Shown: positions 14,621-28,384 of the stretch, one piece after another
Position numbering within the stretch: the first letter of the stretch is position 1
Layout: the number at the start of each line of letters is the position of its first letter
Source: Paraspadella gotoi
Taxonomy: Eukaryota; Animalia; Chaetognatha
NCBI GenBank assembly: GCA_051294375.1
Contig: CM119266.1
Location: 12,067,180-12,131,179, forward strand
Direction: 5' to 3'
Length of the DNA: 64,000 bases
Program-made: the position numbers and the translations under genes
The notes under the pieces: generated by a model
Database searches by the model: none
Seen by the model: the letters and a program-made list of their open reading frames with translations, nothing else
Told to the model about the DNA's origin: nothing

Positions 14621-17253
14621 TCACGTAGCGGCGCCGTGTTTCTTGCCGTGATGCGTCGGGTATCCGTTAGGCAAAACTTGAAGTCCGTTGACGTGAGTCG
14701 CCCTGTGCCTCGTGCTAGGAGTTCCGTGCTCCCCGCTCCTGCCGCCGCCCCTTCCTCCTCCGCCGCCGCGGTAATGATGCTCGCCGCCGCCGCCGCCTCG
14801 GCCGCCCCGGCCGCCGCTCGGTTCCCAACGACGATCGTGTCCGCCGTGAGGGGCGTCTCTGTTGGGACCGTTGTTTCCGCGGTGTATCCGACCACTGCCG
14901 GCGCCGCGGTATTGCCGACCGCCGCGATTACTGCCACCGCCGCTACTTGCGCCGCCGCCGCCTCCGCTCCCCGTCGAATAATTGGTAGAGTTGGAAGCGG
15001 ATTGCATGACGGGCGTCGGCGCGCCGTATCCCAACGCCGTCGACGCCGCCATCGGCGCGTAGTTCGACGCCACATCGTTGGCGTAGTTTTGATTGACGTA
15101 GAGTCCGCCGATCACGGGCGGAGCGTAGTCTTGGCCGATGATCATGTAGGAGGAAGTGGACGAGGCCGTGGAAGACGCCGCTGCCGCTGCGGCTGCGGCC
15201 GCCACCGCAGCCGCCGCCGCGGCCGGCGACGTCGGCGGACACTGAAATTTCGAGGAGGAAGAAGTGGTGGACGTCGTCATCGAGGATGAGGCTGAGGGCG
15301 AGAGGGGAACCTCGAAGGGTTTCGCGTTCGGGTTCATCTTGGAATTCTCCACGATAACCGGATCCACGGGGGCGCCGTTGGGACCACCACCACCTCCGGA
15401 TCCACCACCCCCACCGCCCCCTCTTCCACCGCCACCGCCTCTCCCCCCTACGATCAGCGCCGGTTCGTCTTTGACCGAAGTAGGCGGCGTCTCGTAAGGC
15501 GGCGGATAAGTGGGAAGATAAAATCCCGCCGGTTCTCCGTAGAAATCTCCCCCAGCGTACTGCCGCTGCTGCGTGGAGGCCGGGGGCGGAGGATCCAGCG
15601 CGCTGCGGCTTTTGAGGGTAGCGATTACTTCGCCCGTCCGGTTGTCGCGCACCGTCATCATGTCGCCCTCGTCGCGTTCCAGCTTTCGTTCCTTGCGTCG
15701 GGTGAGTCGCTCTCTCGCTCGTTCGCTGAGGTTGGCGATCAGATTGGACGTCTCTGCGAGTTGGTGAGTGTCGTCGATCATGTCGAAGAGCTTGTTCTGG
15801 AATGGGGTGGGAACAAAGTGGGATGGGTGGTTTCGGGTAAAAAAAAAAAGATAAGTTTGCTGATCCGTTTTAAAAATAGAGTAAGTTACGAGGAGGTAAC
15901 AATTATTGTAAAAATTATTGTACGGATTGGGGGAAGAGAGAGAGAGGTGCTAAGGAGTTGTGAAATAATGGGAGTGAAATGAAGGAGAAGTGAAGAGACA
16001 AAATTAAAAGTAATTACGGGATATCACCTCGAAAAACACAGAGGGAGACCCACATACCCAACCTCGTCGAAAACTGGAATAAGAATCTTTTTTTAAAAAT
16101 ATTATATTTTGAATTTAAACGTTTAAAAAAAAAATAGAAGATTTACGAGACTCGTTTCATATTTTTTTTCCTTCCAAAATTTCTTTAAATCTCTATAAAA
16201 AAAATTCTCGATTTTTCCAAAGAAGAAATCGAGGGAGAGAGATTTGGGTGAGAAAGTAAAAAAAAAATATTTCGCCGATTTCTAACCTTCGGACGAAATG
16301 GAATCAAATTGAGGGAAAATTGAGGGAAAAGAGTAAAGCCGGGGGGTCTTAAAGCAACGAGCAAAATCCCACCACCGGCCGAGCATCCAGGCAACTTCCC
16401 TTCCAACCTCCCTTCTCCACACCCTCGCACACCCTATCCCCCCACAAACCTGCAGCTTGTTGATCTCGACGTTCAGCTTGGCCTCTTCCTTGGTGCAAAA
16501 CTCGACGATGAGTTCCATGAGTCCCTTGGAGGCGTTGTGCAACGTGTCGCGCCACTTCACGACAAATTCTTCCACCTGATTGCCGATGGTGGGCACGAGA
16601 TTGATCCGCAGCCCGCGCGGCACGAGGTCCTTGTCGAGATATTTCATCAGCGTCTCTCGATGCAGCGAATAGCGAATCGCTTTGTCGTTGGCCTTGCGCA
16701 ATTTGCGGAACGTCTCCTCCGCCTCCTCCGGCACCACCTTCTTCTGCTCCTGCTCTTCCTCTTCCCCACCGTTGTCCAATCGGTCGTCCGGATCGTCGTC
16801 GTCGTCCCCGCAGCCGCGGAGATGGAGTGGCTGGTGCGGCGGGAGCCGATGCTGACCCGGCTGCTGCGGCAGTCGCTGACCACCCGGTTGCCCGGGCTGA
16901 CCGTCTCTGGAATCGCTCGTCCGCAGCAGCCGCGCCTTCTCACTTTCCTCGTTGTCCTGTTTCTCGCTCGAAGAGATCTCGTTGTAGAGAGTCTTCAACC
17001 AGTTGTTTTCCGGCAGCAGCTTTTTTCGTTCCGCTTTGCCGAGGCCGCCGCCGGTTCCACCAACGCCGGAGTCGCCGGGGTTGTTGTTATTGTTGTTGTT
17101 GACTTTTCCGAGTATCAACTCGGAGTCGAGGAAGTTGCGGACGGCGGTGGTGGAGAGGTCGTCCTCGGAACCGAAGACCTGATGGCAAAGGGAATCCTCA
17201 ACATTGTCGTCCACATCATCGACAACATCGTCATCATCATCATCTCTTCCCAT
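14621..17253 (-). CDS. ~659-aa protein: acidic N-terminus, Penelope-like-element N-terminal-like helical domain, PAM2-like motif, RGG-rich C-terminus
   Basis: Exons 16450-17253 and 14621-15796 are joined by a phase-0 GT-AG intron (CAG|GTTTGT...CCAG|AAC), reading ...EINKLQ|NKLFDMIDD.... Both long ORFs have coding-like GC-rich codon use. The PAM2-like SKMNPNAKPFEVP is at ~15305-15345. The start is uncertain: a possible upstream exon lies at ~17709-17775. Confidence 0.8.
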
Positions 17254-20200
17254 AATCCATGCGCCGAGAGATTGGTGGTAAACCGAGTCTCAGTTATTAA
17301 ATGTTTTACGATGTGTAGGAGAGATTTTCGGTCGCCGACGATAAATCTTTCCATCCCACGGGAAAAATCCTCCCTTCCCTTCTACTTCCCCCCAAGAGAG
17401 AAGGGAATTAAATCCCCATTATTCGGTTTCGCTTGAGAAAGCTCATTTGCTTATAATCGTTATTACTGGAGAGAAAGACTCGTGTTATTCTCAGAAATGT
17501 TCAAAAATAGAAACGGTTATGGGAGTAGTTCTTACCACTTAGGGGCAATGGGGCATAGTAATAGGGTCGTAGTCATAGCTTCCTGAACGATCTTTAGAAT
17601 TTTTTGTAATCAAACAGTGATCGTCATCATCATCATCATCATTATCGTCATTAGCGTCATCATTTTCATCATATTCATCGTCTTCATCAACAGCATCAGC
17701 AACATCACCTGGGCCGGGGTCAGCGCGTCCCAGCAAAGTTCGTCGACGTCTCTAGAGGGCAGCGGACTTCCGGATCTGGAAGAAAGAGAAGAAAAGAGGT
17801 TGAACTAAGAAAATCGGGAATTCTAACATTCGATTTAGGAACAACGAATAAAAACCTAAAACTTTTACTAGTCTTACTAAGTAGTAAGGCGGAATAAAGT
17901 CAAAACTAAAGCAATTTCTGCAATCTATTTCATTGACCCGTATAGTAATTATTAAAAAATGGAAAAAACATTTAAAATTAGTGCGATATTTTAGACACGG
18001 AAGCTAATATATTTCAGAATTTTACAAACATTTTATCTTGAAGATTTAAATTAAAATTTGCCGCCAGATCACGTGACAAAAAAAAACGCAATATGATTGG
18101 CTGAGGGAGTGGAATTTAAAAGAAAATAACCAATAAGAAACAATTTAGAATGAGACAGCTGTTGAAGAGAAAAAATTTTGGAAATCCGAAAATCGTTTTT
18201 ATTTTGAAAATATTTTTTTAAAATTTTAACTCCATTTAAAAATATTTTATACTCTGGCGTAATAAAGAACATGCCCAAATTAAAATAAAAAATTAAGAAG
18301 CCTACGAACCCTTGTCGTCTTCGAACCCAATGCTCTCTCTGTTCTTCCACCCAACATGACGTTCGTTTTGGCTAACATATCTTACTTCAGGTAAAACTAT
18401 TTTATTATGTAAAGATATTATTATGCACCTCGGTATTCTGACATTATAGTTAAACTTAATTGGGTATACTTTATAGGAAGGAGGTCGGCAGGTGGATTTT
18501 GCGTTCTTCGATGACATTGCAAGGGAAATTATAAACATTTATTGTCGGGAATGCACATCGCTATCTCTGTTCAAACTTCGTAGCATCTCGTTACTGTCTC
18601 GTTACCGGGACTCACAACTTCCGCGTATCTAGATTGTACGAATCGCTATTCCGATGACCAAAAGTGACAGAAAACGAAGAAGAAAAGGTGATTAATTAAA
18701 TTATCAAAAGAAATTATTTGAGGGGATCGAGTAAAATTGCTAATATTCCCAAGTTTTACGGTTACTATAATGGTCATGCTTGTCTTATGCTTTTTCTACT
18801 CAGAAACCGTGAGAGTTACATAAGTGAAAGATTTTGTGACGTCGTTTCCGATCATTTTTCCTGGTAATTTAGTTTTATTTCAGTCCAGTTTTTTTACCGT
18901 TCTAGTTGCTTTCTCATAGCTTTCTTTCGGCGAAAAACTCGTCACTTGTTATTCAATCAATCGTTTCTCTGAAAAGATCGGCGGTATGGATCCGTGATTT
19001 TTTACAGAATACAAAGATTTTTTACACCAATTCATTTCGCCATTTTTTTATTCTCTTCAAAAATAAAATTATGTTCAATTTATTCACGATTTATTTGTCA
19101 TTTATTCGATAATTACGTCATTCAAGATTTAGAAAACCTTGCTCCGTGTTAAAGCCAGAGCAACCTACGGCCGACGAATCGAATGCGCGACTCTCGAGGC
19201 ATAGAAAATAATAAACATTTTCAATCCTGTTCAAAACACATAAAATTTTGCGTATTAATTCCGACTAATTACTACGGAACTTGCTTTATTCTAAACGAAT
19301 CAATTTTTTTTTCTCATATAAACAATTAAAATATCAAGAATTAACCTTTAAAAAATGAATTTCAATCCGGTAGTTATTTTGCTTATTCAAATTGCGCCGC
19401 TCATTCATGCTGCCGTCACTTTAGCGCTCTCTCCCTTTTTGATCAAATTTGAAAATTGAAGGAAAATATCTTTCGATCAAAAATCGCCAATCCTCGCCAA
19501 TTCATTTTCAAAATCGGATTGACGAAGTTTCAGCGACTTTTCCACCGAGGAAGAGAAAATCTCCAAGGAGAAGAAAGGTCAAATTTGCGACGCGGCTTTC
19601 TACATCGATGTCGCCGACTCCTTCGCCGTATCCTTCACGTCGTCCCATCGTGTTCCGGTTACGATAATGGTCATGCTTGTCTCTCGCGGTTTTTAAGTAG
19701 AAGAAGCATAAGTGTGTGGTTGTGATATTGTGATATTTCTTTTTATCATAACTGAACTTGTGATCCAATCATACATTTTTTGCCAACCATAATGATAAGT
19801 TTGTCGTTAAAATAATTTTTTTTTAATTATAGGCTCGCGATCATAATGTAAAAAGACATTATTATGGTTGTCGAGGAGCAGATAGAAGAAGTAGAAGATT
19901 AAGTAGTATCTCCACTAGTAGACGAAGTTGATTCTACTTTAAAAGATAAATTTTTTTTTAAATTAGAACAATTTTTCTTAAAAACTATCTTAAATAAAAA
20001 ATTAAAGAACATATTTTAAACTTATTCATAGGAGTTTCATCGAATTCCGCCATGTCCAATGATGGCACGTGAGACGATACAATGAGGAGCGTCGGATCGC
20101 TTGATGCGGGCGATCGCCAATACCGTCGACTTTGACATCGTCACGCCGTCACTCCCGTCAGCGAATTCGACGTGAAAAAAAAGTTCGCGAAAACTGTAGT

Positions 20201-21421
20201 CTTGAAGTGACCGAGAGGAGAAAGCCCCCACACTTAGTGTGCCCAGTGGTTCTGGGAGATTTATCCACTGTTGCTTTTTTTGCGGAACTTCGGATGCGGC
20301 GGTCGGCTTCCTACCGGTGGTTTTACCCACCGTCACTATTTTTGCAAGGACTGTTCCGACCAGGGCTAAAACCCGTGACCATTGGGTTAAGAGATGAAGC
20401 ATTAGCCAAATGCGCTATTACAGTGCTGATGACAGAAAGTTGTATTCAATGGGTAATCTCTTCCTCTCTCTCTCTCAGGTTGTAGTCTGTTTATAAAAAT
20501 TCAATACATGTGGCTTATTGAATATTATTTGCCTCTTTAATTGTTTAATTTAATATTTGATAGATTTGCTTGTTACCGTATTGCATTTTTTCTGTACGAA
20601 AAATAATATAAATTTGAAATACATGATTGATAATCTTTCATCTTTCTTAATGAGTATGGAGCAAGAAAAAAATAGGTGTCACTTGACCTCTTTCAGCCAA
20701 TCAGAGAGCGAGAAAATAATGATTTTAAGAGTTTCGTTAATTGGACAAAGAAATGTCTCCGTGGGTGATACTGAAAATTTTTTAAATTTTTTTTATGCAG
20801 ATCAGAAGATTGTATCATGGACCATTGAAATAGATTGCGGAATCGTCCCTATTATAAATTTAAGTTAATTTTGGCCCGCCTTACTAAGTAGTCTTGCTAG
20901 TAAAAGCTACTTCGGTTGTATCCTGTATTATTTTTAGGAAAAAAAATTTATGGTTATTCTGAATTTTTTTAGTAATTAACTTTTCTTTCTTCCAAAGAAA
21001 TAAAAAAAGTATCAAAAATCAAAGATTCAATCGGCAAGCGAAAGGACTCTGGGAAAATAAGGACTAAGGAATAAGGATTAAGAGCAACAATCGTTTGAGA
21101 AACGATGACGACGAAAAAGCTATTTTGGTTTCATCATTGGTTTTATCATTCAGAGTGAGTTTTAGAGATTATGACTTTTTTTCGTAATTATAAATCGAGG
21201 AAAGAGAAAAGACGCGGAGAATTAAAAAGAAAATGATTTAAAAAAAAAAATTAGAAGAATCCATCTCGAGAGAGAGAATCGTGTTAGTTGAGATCTCGCC
21301 TCCATTTTCTTGTCAACGTTCAGTCGTCGTCGTCGTTTCAAGGGTCCATCTGCTCGTCCCCAAAAAGCGCACGCGCGAATGCGTTTGACCCCGTGGAAAG
21401 CCATTAAATTTTTTTTATCAA

Positions 21422-21479
<58 letters not shown>

Positions 21480-22098
21480 ACCCTCACCAACGCCACATTT
21501 CCTCACCCGCACCCACTCATCATAACTCTTCACTCCTTTTCACCACCCTTCCCTCATTCTGAGTTACTCCTCGGCACATCGCCACCCTCTACTCCAAGCC
21601 AGGGTCGCGCCTCCGAGAACGTGAGACGAAAACCGATCGAAAAAAGGAGCAAAAAAAAGAGCAAAAAAAAGCACCAAAGAGAGCAAAAGGCAGTTACTTT
21701 TTTCTTTTCTCCTTTTTCCAAAAAAATAAGACAAAAAAGTTATCATTTTAACTTTATGAAATTGGTACAACCAATATTTCCACGAAAAAAATTATAGGAA
21801 AGAGGAAGACGAATGAGTGTGCCAGAGTAAAAAGGAAAAAAAATAGATAAGGAAAAAAGGAAAATGACAGAACAAATCTCCACTAATAAGAGAGAAAAAA
21901 AGAGAAAAAATAGAAAAAAAGAAAAAACAATGGAAAAAAGAAACAAAAGAAAGAAATTAAAAAAAGAAGAACAGAAACTGAAAGGAAACAATTAAATTCC
22001 CTTGTTTAATTTAACGGTCGACAGGGGGTGGAAGAAAATACGTAATGAGCGAGATTCCATAAATCTAAAAAATAGGAGGATTTAAAATAAATCGCTTA

Positions 22099-22135
<37 letters not shown>

Positions 22136-22579
22136 CTTTCACACACACACACACAAACACACACAAGAGGGGCCCGACGGTCGCCGTCGTTTTTATCTCG
22201 TCCATCATTTTTAACGACGACGACGACGACGCTGACGACGACGCTGACGACGACGACGACAACGACGGGGTTTCCACCCTCTGGAGATGGACGAGTCGAG
22301 AGATACGTAATCAGCGCCTCTTCCCGTGAATCACGACGCGTTGACGAGGATGACGCACGACCGGGCTAACGACGAAGACGACGACGACGAAAACGTTAGG
22401 ACAGACGGACAAAGATAAACCAAACGGATAGACGGACGACAATAATAAGAATTTAGGCACGAGGAAAGAGTCGAGGAAGAAAACGGAAGGGGAAAAACCG
22501 AATGACTAGCTTAACAACGCTTTTTACGGTTCCTCGTAAAGATTTACAGAAAATTCAAAAAGGTGACTGGGGGAGATGG

Positions 22580-22664
<85 letters not shown>

Positions 22665-23409
22665 TAGTTCTGTTCGTTCCACGAATTTTATATGTTTTTA
22701 CGTTTCCTTGGCGTTTTATCTCTTGAAAATTAACCATGAGGGGGAGAAGTGAGTAAAGGTAATCGGTTGAAGTGAAAGAATGATACACAAAATAAAAAGA
22801 AAGATAAAGAAAAGAAGTGAGTGAAATAAAAAGAAAAAAACTAAGAGGAAAAAAAAAAGAAGAAAAGATAGAAACTTAAAAAATAAACAAAAAATAAAGA
22901 AAGAAAAAAAAACTCGTACATTCGTCAGACGAATGCAAATTCTTTCCTCTACATAATTCTCTCACCGCAACTGAATACAAATCGTCTCGAGTCCTGAATG
23001 TCCAAACGAGTGACAGAAGAGAGAAAAAAATTATTCTGAATGTGAAAGTTGAATATGAAAAGTCTGATCGCGCGGAGAATAGGAATGACAACGCAGCGAA
23101 GGTGCGTAGAAAAAAAAAAACTACTAGGATCTTTCTCTTCTTTGGGAGAGGAACCCCTTACCGAATGGATCTATGGGCAAAATTGGGCATCGGGCTGTCG
23201 GTGATACGCTCAAGCCACAATGCAAAGTTAACAACGCTTCGCCATTTGATAGGCAGGCGAGCGAGGGACAGAACGGATGGCCGTTAGTATTTTTAACCGT
23301 TCGCCTTCACAGCCATTCGGGGGGAAAATTCCAGGAAGGGCGGTTGTAAGGTTGTTTTGTTTTGAGGCCACAATCCCTCCTTTTCATGAATTCTGTAGCC
23401 AACGCAGAG

Positions 23410-23454
<45 letters not shown>
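23410..23454. repeat. (GCC)n trinucleotide repeat
   Basis: About 15 perfect GCC units. Confidence 0.95.
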
Positions 23455-23455
<1 letters not shown>

Positions 23456-25528
23456 ACCCCGTTCGAAATCGTTTCGATAAAAAGCTTTATGTCTTTGTCG
23501 TTGTTTACGTCCTCACTGAGGTCGGGTCCTTTCTTTTGAATGTCTCGATTGTCCTAGGAGCTGTGGCCCCACTTTCTCTTCCGGAATTCTTCGCTCGCCA
23601 ATGTTTCCAACTGTTCTATTATATTTTCGTAATCATTACTTTTACTAAACGATTAGGACCCAAAACCATAGCCGATGAAATTTAAATGCTAATGTATACA
23701 GCGTTAAAATAATCTATCATGACCATAGATTATGGTATTAAAATATTTTTTGTCAAAAATGCTTTCTTCTGAGGGTACTCGCCTAATTAAAAATATAATA
23801 TTACTATATTGAGCAAAAAATATTTTTTAAAATCTTAAAATTTTTTGATGGATTCTTACGTTTTCTAAGTTAAAATATAAAAAAACTGATAAAATCATCG
23901 AAAGATGATGATGATGATGATTTTTTACAGTTTTTCTTATTTTTGACACACTTATCGTAAAAATATTTAAAAAAGAATCATACTTTGTGTAGACAACTTT
24001 TTATGAGCTATCTGAATCTGGTCTTAAAATTTAAAAATTCAAAAAAAATTTTTGGCCTTTCCTATCTATAAATAAATATTAAAAAATTAATTACTAGGGT
24101 ATAGAGCCATATTAGAAATTTTTGGTCCATTGAAAGTATTCTTAAAAATGTCTAAATATTCGTTTGAGCATGTACTCACTCAAAATTTTTGACTCACCCC
24201 ATTGAGTGCGGCTACCCCTACCAAAAGTTTAATTTTATAAGTTTTAATTGTGAGTTGATCTCTTCTTCATGTAATCTTTCAAGCGTTTCCTTTATGGTTC
24301 CAAGTTCCGTAACTGGGTTTTAAATAAAATCGCTATTTTTTTTTTCAGCAAACAGCCGGTCAGTCAGTCTGTCGGCGCCAAATTTCCGTCTTCATTTCAT
24401 CAATGTATCACAATCTTCCGATCCGACGCTCACGTCTTTCGCCTGCGCACTCGTGACTTGACCTTGTCGTCGAATCAGAACGTATGTTCACGAAACTTAA
24501 CTTAACTGTATAAACTGTCTTAACCTTACTTTTTAAAAACGGATGAGGAAGAAAGAATAATTAATGAGCTGTATCCTCTCTCTCTCTCTCTCTCTCTTTC
24601 TCTTTCTCTCTCTCTCTCTTTCTCACTCAACAAAGGTAACGAAATTCGAAGGGTGAATCTGGTGAAGAAAACCAGCGAAAACATGAAACAGAAGACGAAA
24701 GAATGAAATAAAAAGAATGAAAAGGAGAGAAAACAGAGGTGGAAGAGGAGAAAAGTATAAAGGAGAAAGGTGAATCAATAAATTAAGAGGTAAAAGGAAA
24801 GAATTAGGAAAATGACAAGAAGAGCGAAAGAAAGTAACGGCGGACGAGGAATACAATAAAAGACGAAGGAGCAATAAAAGACGGAGAGAAGCGCTTCAAG
24901 AAAAGAAGGTTGTGACGACGACGACGACGAAGAAGAAGACGACGAAAACGACGATCGCGCTTACGACCAAGAAATGAAGATTCGGATCGAGAATCTTCGT
25001 GATTAAATTCCCGCCAGAGAATTGTTCAAATTCCTCTCAACCATCGCGTGAGCATAGATTAGCGAGGATTATCGGTCGAGGGCAGGAGTACGAATTTGAC
25101 ACACAAGATGGCGTTAGAAACAGGAGAGTAAGAGATGAAAGATTAAGATAAACATGGGCGATAAAAAAAAAGAGATAAATGACAGAAGATAAAAAAGGGG
25201 GGAAACTAAAGGGTGGAACGGAAAAAGTAAAAGATAGGAAATAGAAGACAAGGATGGGATATAGAAAATCAAGGATAGAAGATAATAATTATAAGAGGGG
25301 CAGCAATCGAAATGAGAGACTTGATTCTGTAACGAAGAACTTAAAAATAAGTAGTATTTTAGTAATTTTATAAAAGTTCGAGTCGCGAAAAAATCTCGAT
25401 TTAAACTCGAAGGTGATGATGAAGATGATCGAGAGAAGAAGCGACGTCTCCTGCCAAGAACTCAACTGTCCAAGGTCTCGTCGGGGCAAGGAGATAAAAA
25501 AATGTTGGAAATTCAAATGCCGGTAAGC

Positions 25529-25622
<94 letters not shown>

Positions 25623-25795
25623 GTTTTTGCTAAATAATTTAGTTTTTTTCCCTTGAACATATTATGTATACTACATAATTCATGAATTTCATTTCACCAT
25701 CAAGGCCATTATCGTCGTAATTACGATCTTCGTCGTCGTCGTTATCGTCGTTAACTCATTGACATATAAACGAAAAGAAGTCGAGACGAAACTCA

Positions 25796-25837
<42 letters not shown>

Positions 25838-26551
25838 GATCAACGAATTATAAAAAGATTCACGAGGCAATTGATGTTGTTCATGATGATGAAGACGAAG
25901 CCGATGATGATGACGATGATGATGATGATGATGATAAAGATGATGATGACGATAGTAACGAAGCTGACGATGACCCTGACAATGATGGCAACGATAATTA
26001 TCACCATGATGATGATGATGAGGATGAAGCCTTGTCTCGACCTGTTGCCAACTCTGCAACTAAGCGTCGCCATTGTTGCCGCTAAATCAAAAAAAAAAAA
26101 AAATGAATATCGCTCGTTAGTTGCGTTCGAAAGCGTCATTAAAGTCGGACCTCGTCGTCGTCGTCATCAACCATCACTATCATCATCATTATCATTATCA
26201 TTATCGGCATCGTCATCATCATTATCATTTTCAAAATCGTCATCGTCGTCATCGTCGTTATCATCATCAAAGTAGCGCCATCTATACGCTTCTAATTCAT
26301 CGCCATCATCTTCGTTTCGAATCCAAACGGCGTCCATGTTTAAAAAAAGGTCATCGTCGTCGTCATCGTCGTCTTCGTCGTCGTCATCATCGTCGGTCGC
26401 CGAATTCCCCGACTCCACCTAACGATTTTCTCACGAGACTCAAATGAATTATGGAGACCGTAGGGAGAGGAAGGGCGACAGAGAGGTAGAGACAGAAATG
26501 CAGTCTGACGGACAGACAGATCGTAGTGAATAGGTGAGTGAGTGAATGAGT

Positions 26552-26635
<84 letters not shown>

Positions 26636-26693
26636 AGAGAAAAGAGAGAAAGAAGAGAGAAAAAAAGAAAGAAAAGAAAGAAAGAGAGAAAAA

Positions 26694-26745
<52 letters not shown>

Positions 26746-27525
26746 AAGAGAGAAAGAGAGAAAGAGAGAGAGAGAGAGAGAAAGCCGGAAAGAAAAAAGA
26801 GACAGAGAGCGGAACAGCCTAACAGAGTCTGAGACGACACCAAAGATGAAAATAATAATTCTCCGCCGCGAATTCTGAAAGACTTTTTCCGCTTCAACGA
26901 TGATTAAAAAAGACAACATAAACAGAATTCATTCTCTCGCATTCAAATTCGAAAATTGAATATCGTCGAGCGTCGATACAATATACAAACCGACTTGGCG
27001 ACGAGATAACGACCACTTCCGGTTAACGGATTAACCATATTTTGCGTCAAAGGATTAACCAGTTGGCGTCATCGTAGACTGCCCCAACTTTTTTCCAAGG
27101 AATTGGTACAACCATTACAAACAATTATCCATTTATTCAATAAATGAGCTAAACTGTCCCTGACTTTTAAAACATTGCGGTTCAGGCCTCCATCCGTCTT
27201 ACGAGATAAGAAACGCTATCAATCAAGCGTCAGAAAAGGAGCAGCGGAACAATGATCTCGGTTTCTAATCACGGTAGGGAATCTGGAGTTCGCTTCGTCT
27301 TGAACGAATCGCTGAAACAAGGACGAGTGTGCCTTGCACAGTTTCGTCACCCCCTCGCCGACTACATCTCGGTTGCAGACGAGATACGAAACGATATTCC
27401 GAAACATTTTTTGCAACAACGACTGCGACGTCATAAGTGAGGAAGAAAGAAAGAAAATCTTACAGCGAGAGAGAGAGAGAGTGAAAAGCAAAAATCAAAC
27501 GAAAACCAAAAAGTGTTGTTTATGG

Positions 27526-27575
27526 TGGCCAGAGACATGGCCAGAGACATGGCCAGAGACATGGCCAGAGACATG
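27526..27575. repeat. 12-bp tandem repeat (TGGCCAGAGACA)x4
   Basis: Directly visible. Confidence 0.9.
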
Positions 27576-28288
27576 ACCTACATGACCTAAAACGTCCTCC
27601 ATAGGTTATTAATTCAACATATACCTGTTTATATTTGTTTTTACTTTTTCCTATATTTGTATGATTTAACCTACACTCAAATCCACTTCTTACATCCGAA
27701 GGTCATTCGAGCCAAAGCATCACTCATCCGCGTCCTCTCCACATACTTCTCCATCGATGTCTCCCTTTTCCTTTTCTTTGCCCCCCCCACCTCTCTTTAT
27801 AACCCGTTCCATCTCCTGACTCCATCTCTCTCCCCCCTCTCTCCCTCTCTCTCCTAAGTTTGTCATATTGAAGGAGTAAAATCTCATAAATCAGCTTTTT
27901 TTGTCGGCTGCCAGCTTGCTTCACTCGACTCAGTTGGAGGTTAGATTATCCGCTCTGCGGGCGACGACGACTACGACAACGACCAAGACCAACAACGATA
28001 ACAACAGCAACACAACATCAACCACAACCACAACAAAACGACAACTATGACTTAAAAGACCCAAACAACAACAACGATCAAAGAACACGAGAGGAAAAAT
28101 CGAAAACAAAACAAAAAATCAAAACGAAAAACAAGAAAAACTAAAGATCGCTTTACGATTTTCCTTCCCTGACCTTTTTTCTTTTTTCCTTTCCTCCGCT
28201 TTTCCTCCCTTTTCTCAACCCGCGGTTTCTCCTTCTTTAACAACGAATGTTTGCCCTTCCGATGGTCATTTCGACTCCAAAGATCTCT

Positions 28289-28384
<96 letters not shown>

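Noticed and set aside
14584-17436. Long overlapping ORFs (14636-15289 +, 16537-17436 +, 14584-15075 -)
   Set aside because: They are antisense or alternative-frame shadows of the GC-rich minus-strand CDS.
20420-20455. CTGATGA-CA-GAAA as a minimal hammerhead ribozyme (would fit a Penelope-like element)
   Set aside because: There is no correctly placed UH cleavage site after stem III and no stem I. The CTGACGA...GAAA at ~12940 also fails.
27219-27491. Protein-like minus-strand ORF (also 29190-29730, 23040-23340, 61690-61980) as further RUNDC3 or other exons
   Set aside because: I could not link them in phase to any gene model and found no recognisable motif.
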